DNA of 64,000 nt, from the IMG/VR virus record IMGVR_UViG_3300021087_000011, one strand, 5' to 3'. Below the pieces are notes generated by a model that saw only the letters and a list, made by a program, of their open reading frames with translations, did not search any database and was not told the origin of the DNA. The stretch is from an uncultured virus (IMG/VR IMGVR_UViG_3300021087_000011). Taxonomy: Duplodnaviria; Heunggongvirae; Uroviricota; Caudoviricetes. Positions 1-8,058 of the stretch are shown piece by piece; within the stretch, counting starts at the first letter, position 1; every line of letters starts with the position of its first letter. A program made the translations under genes and the position numbers.

Positions 1-40
1 AGTGACGAATTTTCCTTACCTTGTTCTGGTTTGTTTAATC

Positions 41-304
41 TCAAGTGGTTCTCAGGTCTTTGAGTAGTGGGCTGATGTAGTAGTCGATTAGTTCTTCCAT
101 GTGTTGTGTGAGGGCTCCCCATCCGTGGATGGTGTGTTGTGCGACTCTTGTTCCTGTGAGGTAGGTGCGTAGTTCTTGGAGGGGGGTGATGGTTTCGATT
201 TTGTAGAGGCTGATTTTGTGGACGCCGTCGTATTCGGCTTCGTATGTTTGTGTTCCTCTTATTGCTCTTGTGGTTATGTTGGCTGAGATGGGGGTTGCGT
301 TCAT
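41..304 (-). CDS. hypothetical protein
   Basis: ORF from ATG at 304 (MNATPIS...), overlapping the stop of the upstream ORF by 4 nt. Confidence 0.55.
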   Translation of the reverse strand: MNATPISANITTRAIRGTQTYEAEYDGVHKISLYKIETITPLQELRTYLTGTRVAQHTIHGWGALTQHMEELIDYYISPLLKDLRTT

Positions 305-609
305 ATTGATAGTCCTATGGTTAGTGCCCATATGGCGATGATGGTTGTTGTGCCTAGCCATAGGAGGCGTTCTTTGCGGAGGGCTCGTTGAAGTAGTTTG
401 TTTGCGCGCCGGCCGACCATTTTTGTGATTTCGTCGCCGTCGATGATGAGTCCGTTTTCGGCGTAGGGGTTGTCTTCGGATTGGAGGAGGATTTCTAGGC
501 AGGCGGCGATGATGGTGGTGGTTTGGGTGGTGTGTTCGTCGCCTTCTTCTTCGGAGGCGTGTGTGAGGTCGACGAGGTATGTTTCTAGTAGTGATGCGGT
601 GGTAGGCAT
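301..609 (-). CDS. hypothetical protein with C-terminal transmembrane segment
   Basis: 102-aa ORF, AAGGA upstream, hydrophobic C-terminus. Confidence 0.6.
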   Translation of the reverse strand: MPTTASLLETYLVDLTHASEEEGDEHTTQTTTIIAACLEILLQSEDNPYAENGLIIDGDEITKMVGRRANKLLQRALRKERLLWLGTTTIIAIWALTIGLSI

Positions 610-673
610 TTTTTTTCCTTGGTGGCTGGTGTGACTCTGTTTATTTAAACTGAAGAGTCATTTCTAGTATAGG

Positions 674-850
674 TTATGTTCCCTTCGTTTTCTTAACATC
701 TTCTCGCGCTTCGTGTATGCGCTTGTTTTCGGTGCGCATTGTTGAGCGTCTGAGAGCGTTGCGTGTTTCGTTTTCGTCGAGGTTTTCGACATCTACCCCG
801 AGTAGTTTCGCCATCTTTTCTCGTATGAATCGGATGGCGTCTTCTCTCAT
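674..850 (-). CDS. hypothetical protein
   Basis: ATG at 850 (MREDAIRF...) just after the stop of the 855-1307 gene. Confidence 0.5.
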   Translation of the reverse strand: MREDAIRFIREKMAKLLGVDVENLDENETRNALRRSTMRTENKRIHEAREDVKKTKGT

Positions 851-854
851 TGTG

Positions 855-1307
855 TTATTCCCCGACAAGCCATCTCCATAGGCCGGCGAGGCGTCTTTTT
901 TTGGGTGGGGGGCCATCGGAGAGAACGGGGAAACGTTTTTCGGGAGCCGGGGGAGGGGCTACTGTCTTTTTTGTGACAGGCTTGGCTTTTTCTCGAACCT
1001 TGGGGGCGTAGGTTGTGGACTTTTTCTTGGCAGGTGAGGCTTTCGCTTTAACCGTCTTTTTGGCTGCGGGCTTTTTTGCCGTGGTCTTTTTAGCGGTGCT
1101 GGCTTCTCGTTGCTTGGCTGCAGGGTTGCGGGGTTTACTGGTTGCCTTGGTGCCTGGCTTCGGAGATTCGTAAGCCTCGTTAACGTCCGGGGTTGACTTG
1201 TTGTCGCCCTTGTACGTTCCGTCTTTGTTCCGTGCCCGCTTTGCTTTCGCGTTAGCCGCCGGTTTTTTTGTGCCGCCTTTTTTTGCGGCTGGTTTCTTTT
1301 GTGCCAT
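855..1307 (-). CDS. Lys/Ala-rich histone-like protein
   Basis: AKK/PAAKK repeats plus an RARNKDGTYKGDNKSTPDVNEAY motif. Confidence 0.7.
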   Translation of the reverse strand: MAQKKPAAKKGGTKKPAANAKAKRARNKDGTYKGDNKSTPDVNEAYESPKPGTKATSKPRNPAAKQREASTAKKTTAKKPAAKKTVKAKASPAKKKSTTYAPKVREKAKPVTKKTVAPPPAPEKRFPVLSDGPPPKKRRLAGLWRWLVGE

Positions 1308-1366
1308 GGCACCATGTTAGTCGGGCTACTCCCTGCTGGGTGTCACTTGAACTAATCTCGTGTTCA

Positions 1367-2014
1367 GTGGACTCTTACCCCGACGTATACGCAAAACTCG
1401 CTTTAGCCGTAACAAGCACTCAACTGGCAAAACAGAACGCGGTTGAGGAGTTCGGAATTGGTGAAGATCTCCCGTTCATGTTCATGGGATGGAGGGGCGA
1501 CCATCTTTCGGTGATGATGGTGTTTGGCCGCTCTCAGATGCAGCAACCGGTAGCCAAGAGGCTTCCTGGAGTGCAGATGGTTGCTGGTGTTCTGAGGTCG
1601 GTTTATTGGGTTGATTCAATTACGTTTGTTGCCGAGGGGTACATGAGTAAGGCTCCCTGGGATCTCAAGGGGCAGACGTTGACAGATGCATTCGTGGCGA
1701 AGAGCGCCAAAGTCGCAGAGTGCATTACGTCGAGTCATGTTTCAACGAATAGTCACGGTGAGCCCGCAGTTATGTTGATGTCGACTCCGTACAACACGCT
1801 TATAGGGAAGCATGTTTTGTGGGGGGATCAGGCCACGTTTTCGCAGGGGGTTGGCTCGGTTTTGCAGGACACGCCCGTATTGAACGTGTTGTTGAAGGGT
1901 ATGGGTGAGGAGTGCGAGCGGATGGATCAGCAGGAGCAGGAAGAGGTGGTTAGCCACCTGTTTTCTCAGGGGGTCAGTGTTCAGGAGTTTGAGCCGCCGG
2001 CTTCTATTCTCTGA
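1367..2014 (+). CDS. hypothetical protein
   Basis: Long ORF with globular composition; GTG start at 1367 is a guess. Confidence 0.65.
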   Translation: MDSYPDVYAKLALAVTSTQLAKQNAVEEFGIGEDLPFMFMGWRGDHLSVMMVFGRSQMQQPVAKRLPGVQMVAGVLRSVYWVDSITFVAEGYMSKAPWDLKGQTLTDAFVAKSAKVAECITSSHVSTNSHGEPAVMLMSTPYNTLIGKHVLWGDQATFSQGVGSVLQDTPVLNVLLKGMGEECERMDQQEQEEVVSHLFSQGVSVQEFEPPASIL

Positions 2015-2260
2015 ATTTTTCTGGTGTGGGCGCCATTCCGCAGGCGTAATGGGATCGCTGTGATCCACGGAGAACTTTGCAGTTTTGGCATTCGTCGACG
2101 GGGTCCCATTTGGCGGATGCTTCTGCGTAACGCTGGGAGAGGCGCACTGTTCGCCAGGCGTGGCTGGCTTTGTTGCGTTGTTTTTCTTCCTCGGTGCCGA
2201 CAAAGGGCGGAGAGTAGTAAACGAGTTTTTCCCAAAATCGGCTCTTTGCTCCTGTGAGTT

Positions 2261-2725
2261 TCAATAGATGCCGTCTGGGTCAGGTTCTACGGATTGGGGT
2301 TCCGGCGTTTCGTTTTCCTTGCCGAAGATTTCGTCGACGATGATGCGCGCATATTTTTTGCGGAGCCGCCAGATCTTTCGGTTTAGTTCAGTCAGACTTT
2401 CTGTCTGTCGTGCTTTGGCTATGAGTTCTGAGTCGAATGTTCCGTGTCTCTTGAACATCACGTCGTCGAGGTCTGGTCCATCAAGCACGATGTCACTGAT
2501 CCAGTTTGCCGACTCGTCAATCTTGAGCATCATGTCACACAAGCCCTCTTCGCCGAACTCGTTTAACACTCGACCGACAATCGTTTCCACGAGGTTGGAT
2601 CTGTAGACCTGATTGACGTTCATCGACGTGGTCATAAATTCAGAGATGAAGTTGACAAGGTCTTCCCGTGTTGGTTCGGGATCTTCAATATCTGTGGGTT
2701 CGTCGAAATCGTCGAGTTCTGACAT
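2261..2725 (-). CDS. hypothetical acidic protein
   Basis: 154-aa ORF with GGAG RBS. Confidence 0.75.
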   Translation of the reverse strand: MSELDDFDEPTDIEDPEPTREDLVNFISEFMTTSMNVNQVYRSNLVETIVGRVLNEFGEEGLCDMMLKIDESANWISDIVLDGPDLDDVMFKRHGTFDSELIAKARQTESLTELNRKIWRLRKKYARIIVDEIFGKENETPEPQSVEPDPDGIY

Positions 2726-2849
2726 AAGGGTCTCCCAGGAGGGGTAACCCTATTATGCCTCACCGAGGACGCTCGACAGGGGCGCTGAGGGGTGCTAGTT
2801 TGGATTTACCGACGGGGGCGTGCCCCCACAACAGAAGAGAGATAAAAAT

Positions 2850-3287
2850 ATGGTTGCATTTTCACCAGCAATAATCATTGGGAATCTGACTGCAGATCCC
2901 AAATTGACTTACACCGATGGGGGGGCGGCGAGGTTGACATTCGGCATCGCATCCAACCACTACTACCGCGACAAGAATGACGAGAAGCAGGAAAAAACTT
3001 CCTTCTTCGATGTCACGGCTTGGCGTTACCTTGCGGAGGACTCTGCAAGCGTGCTGGAAAAGGGCGTGGGCGTCATCGTCCAAGGTCGCCTTGAACAGCG
3101 TTCATGGGAGTCCGACGATGGGACCAAGCGTTCCAAGGTTGAACTCGTGGCTGATCACATCGGCGTACTCACTCGTTCGATCGAGGACTTCACGCGGAAG
3201 CGTCGTGGAGAGGGCGGAGGTCAGGCGACTACAGCATCGCCTCGCGCCACGCAGGCAGAACCTGCGCTTGAGAAGGATCCCTTCTAG
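2850..3287 (+). CDS. ssb: single-stranded DNA-binding protein
   Basis: IIGNLTADPKL, FFDVTAW, VIVQGRLEQRSW motifs; acidic tail ending DPF. Confidence 0.97.
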   Translation: MVAFSPAIIIGNLTADPKLTYTDGGAARLTFGIASNHYYRDKNDEKQEKTSFFDVTAWRYLAEDSASVLEKGVGVIVQGRLEQRSWESDDGTKRSKVELVADHIGVLTRSIEDFTRKRRGEGGGQATTASPRATQAEPALEKDPF

Positions 3288-3400
3288 TACTCTTATAGAA
3301 CGGCGAACCGGTCAACTTCTCGGAGTCGACCTTCTGGGCAGCAACCCAGTCAATTCGGCGGTCAGTCAAAATGCGGAACTACGACGACCGACCAGGGAAC

Positions 3401-3423
3401 TCCCCCCTAACGGGGGGATTTCT
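3401..3423. terminator. intrinsic terminator between convergent genes
   Basis: TCCCCCC-TAAC-GGGGGGA hairpin followed by TTTCT. Confidence 0.7.
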
Positions 3424-4352
3424 CATTGCTGGACGAGTTCATATGCCCGAGAGTCACCCCAGCAGGCTTTAGATGGGTTCCAGTGATGGATGCCACTGGA
3501 ATAGTAGAGCCATGCGGCGACGGCAACATTGGCTTCGGCGTGGAAAGGATGGTAGTCACCCCATCCAGCCCTAACGGAGCGTTCTGGCCAGTATTTTGCA
3601 AGGTGTTGGAACCACCCAATGGCGTAAGCGTGTGAAACGACCGTGGATCCGATGTGTGAACTGTGAGCGCTTGATTCACAAAATGCGACCTCTAAAGCGA
3701 TCGCCCTATCCCGAGGCTTGAAGTATTTGTCGACGAGTTCTCCCAGTGTCGGGAGTTCATAGTGACCATCGCCGGGGATGCATCCATGTGAACACGGTGT
3801 CGACACTTCGAAGAGTTCCGGATAGAAGATAATGACAGCCGCGGAAGGACCGCCGAGTGTTTCGATGTGGGCGCGTCGTGTGACCGGTCCATAAACACCA
3901 TCGACGGAACTCAAGCCGAGTATTTTTTGCAGGTCGGTAATCCGTGGGCCTCGTTCATAATAACGATATTCGGTTCTGAGTATTTCGTCGTCGGTGGCTT
4001 CAGAGGGCCAAGTTTGTGGATCAACGGGAACACGAAGGGTTTTTTTGGCAGATATTTCCGGCGTGATGACTATGGGTATCGTGTCGCCTGTGGCTGGAGT
4101 AGAAGTTGTCCCCGCCGGGGACGCAATGTGGGGCATTGTAGTTACCGGCGGAGGCAGAGTATCGAGCGGAGCGGCTGTAGATATCGCGTCATGTTTGGCT
4201 CGAAAGGACTCTGAGAAAGTAGATGTTGCGTCGCTTGTGCCTGTGAAGGCGAGGACTCCTGTAACCCAGATAATGGACAGGGCGATGCCGGCCATGATGC
4301 GTGAACGCAACGATTTACAGTACCGATGTCGGGAACATTTGTTGACGGTCAT
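3423..4352 (-). CDS. membrane-anchored/secreted lytic transglycosylase-like protein with peptidoglycan-binding domain
   Basis: N-terminal hydrophobic helix; PG-binding LQKILGL..VDGVYGPVTRRA; lysozyme-like AFCESS, GWFQH, ANVAVAAWLY, HWNPS. Confidence 0.85.
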   Translation of the reverse strand: MTVNKCSRHRYCKSLRSRIMAGIALSIIWVTGVLAFTGTSDATSTFSESFRAKHDAISTAAPLDTLPPPVTTMPHIASPAGTTSTPATGDTIPIVITPEISAKKTLRVPVDPQTWPSEATDDEILRTEYRYYERGPRITDLQKILGLSSVDGVYGPVTRRAHIETLGGPSAAVIIFYPELFEVSTPCSHGCIPGDGHYELPTLGELVDKYFKPRDRAIALEVAFCESSAHSSHIGSTVVSHAYAIGWFQHLAKYWPERSVRAGWGDYHPFHAEANVAVAAWLYYSSGIHHWNPSKACWGDSRAYELVQQ

Positions 4353-4360
4353 GTTTTGGC

Positions 4361-4633
4361 TTACAACTCGGCGTCGTCGACGTAAGTCTCGTTCAGGCGC
4401 TCTTCAAGGAATGGAACGATATCCAGCAGTTTCATGCTGACGGTGATTATGTCATCGTGGACTTCCTCAACTTCGAGGCTCATACTGTCCATCATGAGCG
4501 CGGCCTGTTCGCCGGCTTCCTCTATGAGGCCATCCACATCGGCTTCTTCTAGTTCGAAGGTGTCGGTGAACTCCATGTACCAGTGGGTGACGTGATTCAG
4601 GATGGCGAGACGTGCGTCGTTTTTTGAAGGCAT
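4361..4633 (-). CDS. hypothetical acidic protein
   Basis: 90-aa ORF co-oriented with the transglycosylase gene. Confidence 0.7.
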   Translation of the reverse strand: MPSKNDARLAILNHVTHWYMEFTDTFELEEADVDGLIEEAGEQAALMMDSMSLEVEEVHDDIITVSMKLLDIVPFLEERLNETYVDDAEL

Positions 4634-4758
4634 CTATCTAGGGTACCTGCACCAAAGGGCGGCTGCAAGGTTTCCAACTGACAAATTTTTTTCTTTCCAA
4701 TAACCCCTGTTTAGAGTGGGTTTTGGGGCCTAGAGGATCCGAGGGACGAGATCAGGGG

Positions 4759-4787
4759 TTGACGCTCGGCATTCCTGTCGGTAGTCT
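4759..4787 (+). promoter_or_regulatory. sigma70-type promoter of the Tas operon
   Basis: TTGACG-17 nt-TAGTCT upstream of ORF 4831. Confidence 0.7.
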
Positions 4788-4830
4788 GAATATTCCTGCG
4801 TTACCTGTCTAGAAGAAAGCAGACCGTCAT

Positions 4831-5370
4831 ATGAATACTGAACTGTCAACCGCTTCCACGGTTGCCAACACCATGAGGACCGAAGGCGCCGACTGGGAAG
4901 ACATCCACGAAGCCCTCATTTCGGAGTTCCGCTCCATGGTCACCAACAACGTCGGTGCATCCGCACTAGTCGCATGGTTGGATCCCCTTTTCATCGATAA
5001 GGCTCGCTGGGCTGGCTCACGCGGCACGACTGAAATCCTCAATCGTTCCGCACAGGAGGCTCGCACTCAGCAGGTCCGTCGCATTGACGATGGAGCGATT
5101 GTTGAGGGTCCTTACGCCCACCTGTTCAACTCTCAGGTTATGGACCGTCGTATTTCCGATGGCAACGGTCGGCTCATGTTCCTCAAGCACATGACCCGTG
5201 CCCAACTTCTTGACAAGGTCGACTACATCACTAAACAGATTGCCGGCAACGTCGAGCGCCGCGACTTTTTCGAGGGGGCTATTGCCGCACTCGATGCCGT
5301 TGGCGCTGACACTCTTGAAGAGGCACGCCTGAAGGTGACAGTCCAGCAGAAGGTACCGACACCGGCGTAA
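4831..5370 (+). CDS. hypothetical protein, first gene of the TIGR-Tas-like operon
   Basis: 179-aa ORF, host-like codon usage, no recognised motif. Confidence 0.8.
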   Translation: MNTELSTASTVANTMRTEGADWEDIHEALISEFRSMVTNNVGASALVAWLDPLFIDKARWAGSRGTTEILNRSAQEARTQQVRRIDDGAIVEGPYAHLFNSQVMDRRISDGNGRLMFLKHMTRAQLLDKVDYITKQIAGNVERRDFFEGAIAALDAVGADTLEEARLKVTVQQKVPTPA

Positions 5371-5451
5371 CAGCCGCCCAAGATCTCGGGCTGTCCGCCC
5401 AAGAGCAATACCCATATATAACCGCTAACCAGCCCAAGGGGGGCATTGAAT

Positions 5452-6384
5452 ATGTACGAACAACTGCAACAGGATTTTCGGGAACTTCGCCTTTACGGTC
5501 GAAACTTCACGGACCTCCAAGACACTCGAATCCGTTTCGAAAACCGCGTTTACGCGGATGTGTGCTTGGGGCTTGATGAGCCACTTGGTAAAAGTCATCC
5601 AGATTATTTGGAGGCTTTGGGTGGCAACAACGAGGAAATTATTTCTCTCATCGACGCAAATATCGAGGATGAGGGTGAACGCAAGGCCATCCGCAAGTCA
5701 CTGAAATCGCTGACCGTTTATGGTCTGCTGACCGCCACCGAGAAAGAGGCTAACCGCGACCTTGTTGCCGCGATGTTGCGTGTCTGTTCCGGGCCTGCCA
5801 TGACACAGTGGCTCGCTACTCCCGGTATCGGCGAGCCTATTGTCGCTCGCGTTCTTGGCGAGATCGGCCATCCGGTTATCGCATTCCCGAAACACTGGGA
5901 AGAGAACCCTGACTACAAGGAGGGCGGCGACATGGACAAGAAGTTTCTTGTCTCGACCGTCCAACCTGACGGCGAACTCTTTTTTGAGCGCATGGTTTCG
6001 CAACTCTGGTCATACTGCGGTGTCGGTGACGCAAACCGCAAACACCGCAAGGGTGAGACTCAGGAAGAGGCGTTAGCCGCTGGCTCTCGCTTCACCAAAG
6101 CACTTGTGTGGAACATGGCTCAGGTGTGCATCAAGATGGTGGGAGGCGAGGACAAGAACGGTGTTGTAAAACCCCGTTCTCCATATCGCAACGTCTACGA
6201 CGACGCCCGCACCTACTACGACACCCGTGATGAGGGTGAGCATTGTGAGAAGTGCAAGAAGGATTGCACTCCACTTCATCGCCACAACAAGGCAATCCGT
6301 AAGGTCATGAAGACCATTCTTCGCGACATGTGGGTTGCCGCCCGCTCCGACCTAGGAGTGGTACCTATCGAAAAGGCTGCCTAG
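5452..6384 (+). CDS. TasA-like nuclease-less IS110/Nop-domain RNA-guided DNA-binding protein
   Basis: Coiled-coil (DLQDTRIRFENR), HhH-like TPGIGEPIVARVLGEIG, SQLWSYCG, SPYRNVYD, HNKAIRKVMK as in the IS110 C-terminal/Nop domain; no DEDD RuvC domain and no SG catalytic loop; adjacent dual-spacer array. Confidence 0.85.
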   Translation: MYEQLQQDFRELRLYGRNFTDLQDTRIRFENRVYADVCLGLDEPLGKSHPDYLEALGGNNEEIISLIDANIEDEGERKAIRKSLKSLTVYGLLTATEKEANRDLVAAMLRVCSGPAMTQWLATPGIGEPIVARVLGEIGHPVIAFPKHWEENPDYKEGGDMDKKFLVSTVQPDGELFFERMVSQLWSYCGVGDANRKHRKGETQEEALAAGSRFTKALVWNMAQVCIKMVGGEDKNGVVKPRSPYRNVYDDARTYYDTRDEGEHCEKCKKDCTPLHRHNKAIRKVMKTILRDMWVAARSDLGVVPIEKAA

Positions 6385-6593
6385 TGAGTCGCTATAACGA
6401 ACTCACAGAGGGCTATCAGGCCGACATCGATCAACTTGTTGATTCAATCGTGGCCTTACCGGAGCCGACTGACGAACAGCGCAAGAATGCTGATGTCGTT
6501 GGTGACCCAGTATGGCAAGTACTCGCTTGTGCCAAGGAAGACATCACTCATATTGGTGTAGTCCGCGAGCGGGCCAGATCTGACGAGGACTAA
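6384..6593 (+). CDS. small hypothetical protein between tas and the array
   Basis: GTG start overlapping the tas stop; its 3' end overlaps array unit 1. Confidence 0.6.
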   Translation: MSRYNELTEGYQADIDQLVDSIVALPEPTDEQRKNADVVGDPVWQVLACAKEDITHIGVVRERARSDED

Positions 6594-6782
6594 TGCATGT
6601 GCGTATCTCCATCGTTGTTGCGTTCTCGTTTTTCTAAGGGGGCCGACCTGTCGGCGTTAACCATTATTGTTCCGCCCCCGTTTTCTTATCCGGTCAAGCG
6701 TCAGGCGTTACCTATACAACTGCCGCCGGGTCTTTCTCTAGGGCTATGCCAGAAACGAACACCAGACGGATGTCGCCCTAGA
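6582..6782 (+). ncRNA. stem-loop TIGR-like guide array, 4 units
   Basis: Four 50-53-nt units: stem, YYR, 9 nt, CG..CYA loop, 9 nt, CG, stem, separated by T-rich linkers. Confidence 0.88.
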
Positions 6783-6799
6783 CATTCGAAGGAGTTGTA

Positions 6800-7828
6800 A
6801 TGCCACTCAAAATACTTATGGCTATGGCTGTATTCGCATTAGTACTGTCCGTCGGTCAGGCCAGCGCTAACCATGACTCCATTTACTCACCATGTGGAAC
6901 CGAGTACGGCTTTATCCATATGACATATGAGGAATGGGCGGCTCACATCACCACGATGGAAGCCAACGGAACGATTCCTTCCGGCGTGGTGTTCCGTTAC
7001 TGGGAGGCGAACCACACCACCGGCAAAGGCACCAATGTTCAAGAGGACGGCACAATCCCAGCGTGGGATCAGTGGGCGCGTGGATTGGTTGATGGACAGA
7101 TCCTGTCGTTGGACGATTGGGCGAATGGCAATTACCCGGAGATCGAGGCGTTGATGTTTGCTTCCGGAATGGTGCCCGAGTGGGTGCTGGATGCGAATCA
7201 ACAGGTCCGTCGGTTTAATGACCCCTTCTGGAGTCAACCCAACCCGATGTCTCCATCCTTTACCGTTTGGCAATCACTTTGTATGGCCGATTATGGGTAT
7301 TCAATACCTGTCATGGAGATCAACGCAGATGGTGTGTGGGAGTCGAATATCCCAACAACTGTCGCAACAGTGCAGACCGATACGGATCTGACGGGGTCCA
7401 CCTCGGGTTCGGAACCCAATCAAGAGGCGACCCCGTCAACTACGACACAGGCCATAGTTGCTCCGACACCTATCGAACAAACGCCTACGTCGACCACTAC
7501 AACACAGGCCGTGGAAGGTTCGATACCCACTACCGAAGCGCCTGTGACTACTACGACTCAGGCCATAGCCGTTGCACCACTCGACGAGGTCACGCCTGAT
7601 TCATCCCCGCCCGCCTTACAAGCGCCAACCAACACCCTCCCGGCGGGGTATGACCTATTTACTGCCCAGTATGAGGGCTGGCCTTTCGAGCAGACGTTGA
7701 GGCTGTTGGAAGAGCGGTATCCGCAGGGAACGCCAGGAAAGTATCACTTTCGATTGTCAGTCGCTGTCGACTTCCTTCAGGGCGGGGGCCTGATTGGGGG
7801 TCTGGATGCTGTTTGGAACGCAGGTTGA
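6800..7828 (+). CDS. secreted protein with Thr/Pro-rich linker
   Basis: Signal peptide ending QASA, AAGGAG RBS, PTTT-rich region. Confidence 0.8.
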   Translation: MPLKILMAMAVFALVLSVGQASANHDSIYSPCGTEYGFIHMTYEEWAAHITTMEANGTIPSGVVFRYWEANHTTGKGTNVQEDGTIPAWDQWARGLVDGQILSLDDWANGNYPEIEALMFASGMVPEWVLDANQQVRRFNDPFWSQPNPMSPSFTVWQSLCMADYGYSIPVMEINADGVWESNIPTTVATVQTDTDLTGSTSGSEPNQEATPSTTTQAIVAPTPIEQTPTSTTTTQAVEGSIPTTEAPVTTTTQAIAVAPLDEVTPDSSPPALQAPTNTLPAGYDLFTAQYEGWPFEQTLRLLEERYPQGTPGKYHFRLSVAVDFLQGGGLIGGLDAVWNAG

Positions 7829-7854
7829 CAGTTCTGGTTTGTTTCATCTAGAAT
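7825..7854 (+). promoter_or_regulatory. sigma70-type promoter, probably giving a leaderless mRNA
   Basis: TTGACA-18 nt-TAGAAT with ATG 7 nt after the -10 box. Confidence 0.75.
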
Positions 7855-7860
7855 GTGGCT

Positions 7861-8058
7861 ATGACAACTTTTGAGATGAGCGTAATCTTCGACTCCGACT
7901 CAGAGGAATCTGCTGTTGAGGCGATCGACAATCTTGGCGCAGCCTTCTCCGAGCATCTGATCGGCTGGGCTGCAAGTGTGAAGTCCGTTTGGACCGAACA
8001 GGACAAGGCTACAGGTGTACCCGAGAACGTCCGAACCTTTAAGGGGGAACAGGAATGA
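7861..8058 (+). CDS. hypothetical protein
   Basis: Short ORF, ATGA overlap with the DUF932 gene. Confidence 0.65.
   Translation: MTTFEMSVIFDSDSEESAVEAIDNLGAAFSEHLIGWAASVKSVWTEQDKATGVPENVRTFKGEQE

Noticed and set aside
4773..4781. U2 spacer A match (8/9) in the tas promoter spacer
   Set aside because: The adjacent sequence does not match spacer B, and an 8-nt match is expected by chance
5452..6384. Active IS110 transposase
   Set aside because: No DEDD RuvC domain, no catalytic SG loop and no IS ends seen; it is embedded in an operon with a guide array
6597..6800. 67-aa ORF over the array
   Set aside because: No RBS or protein features; the sequence is better explained by the four guide units
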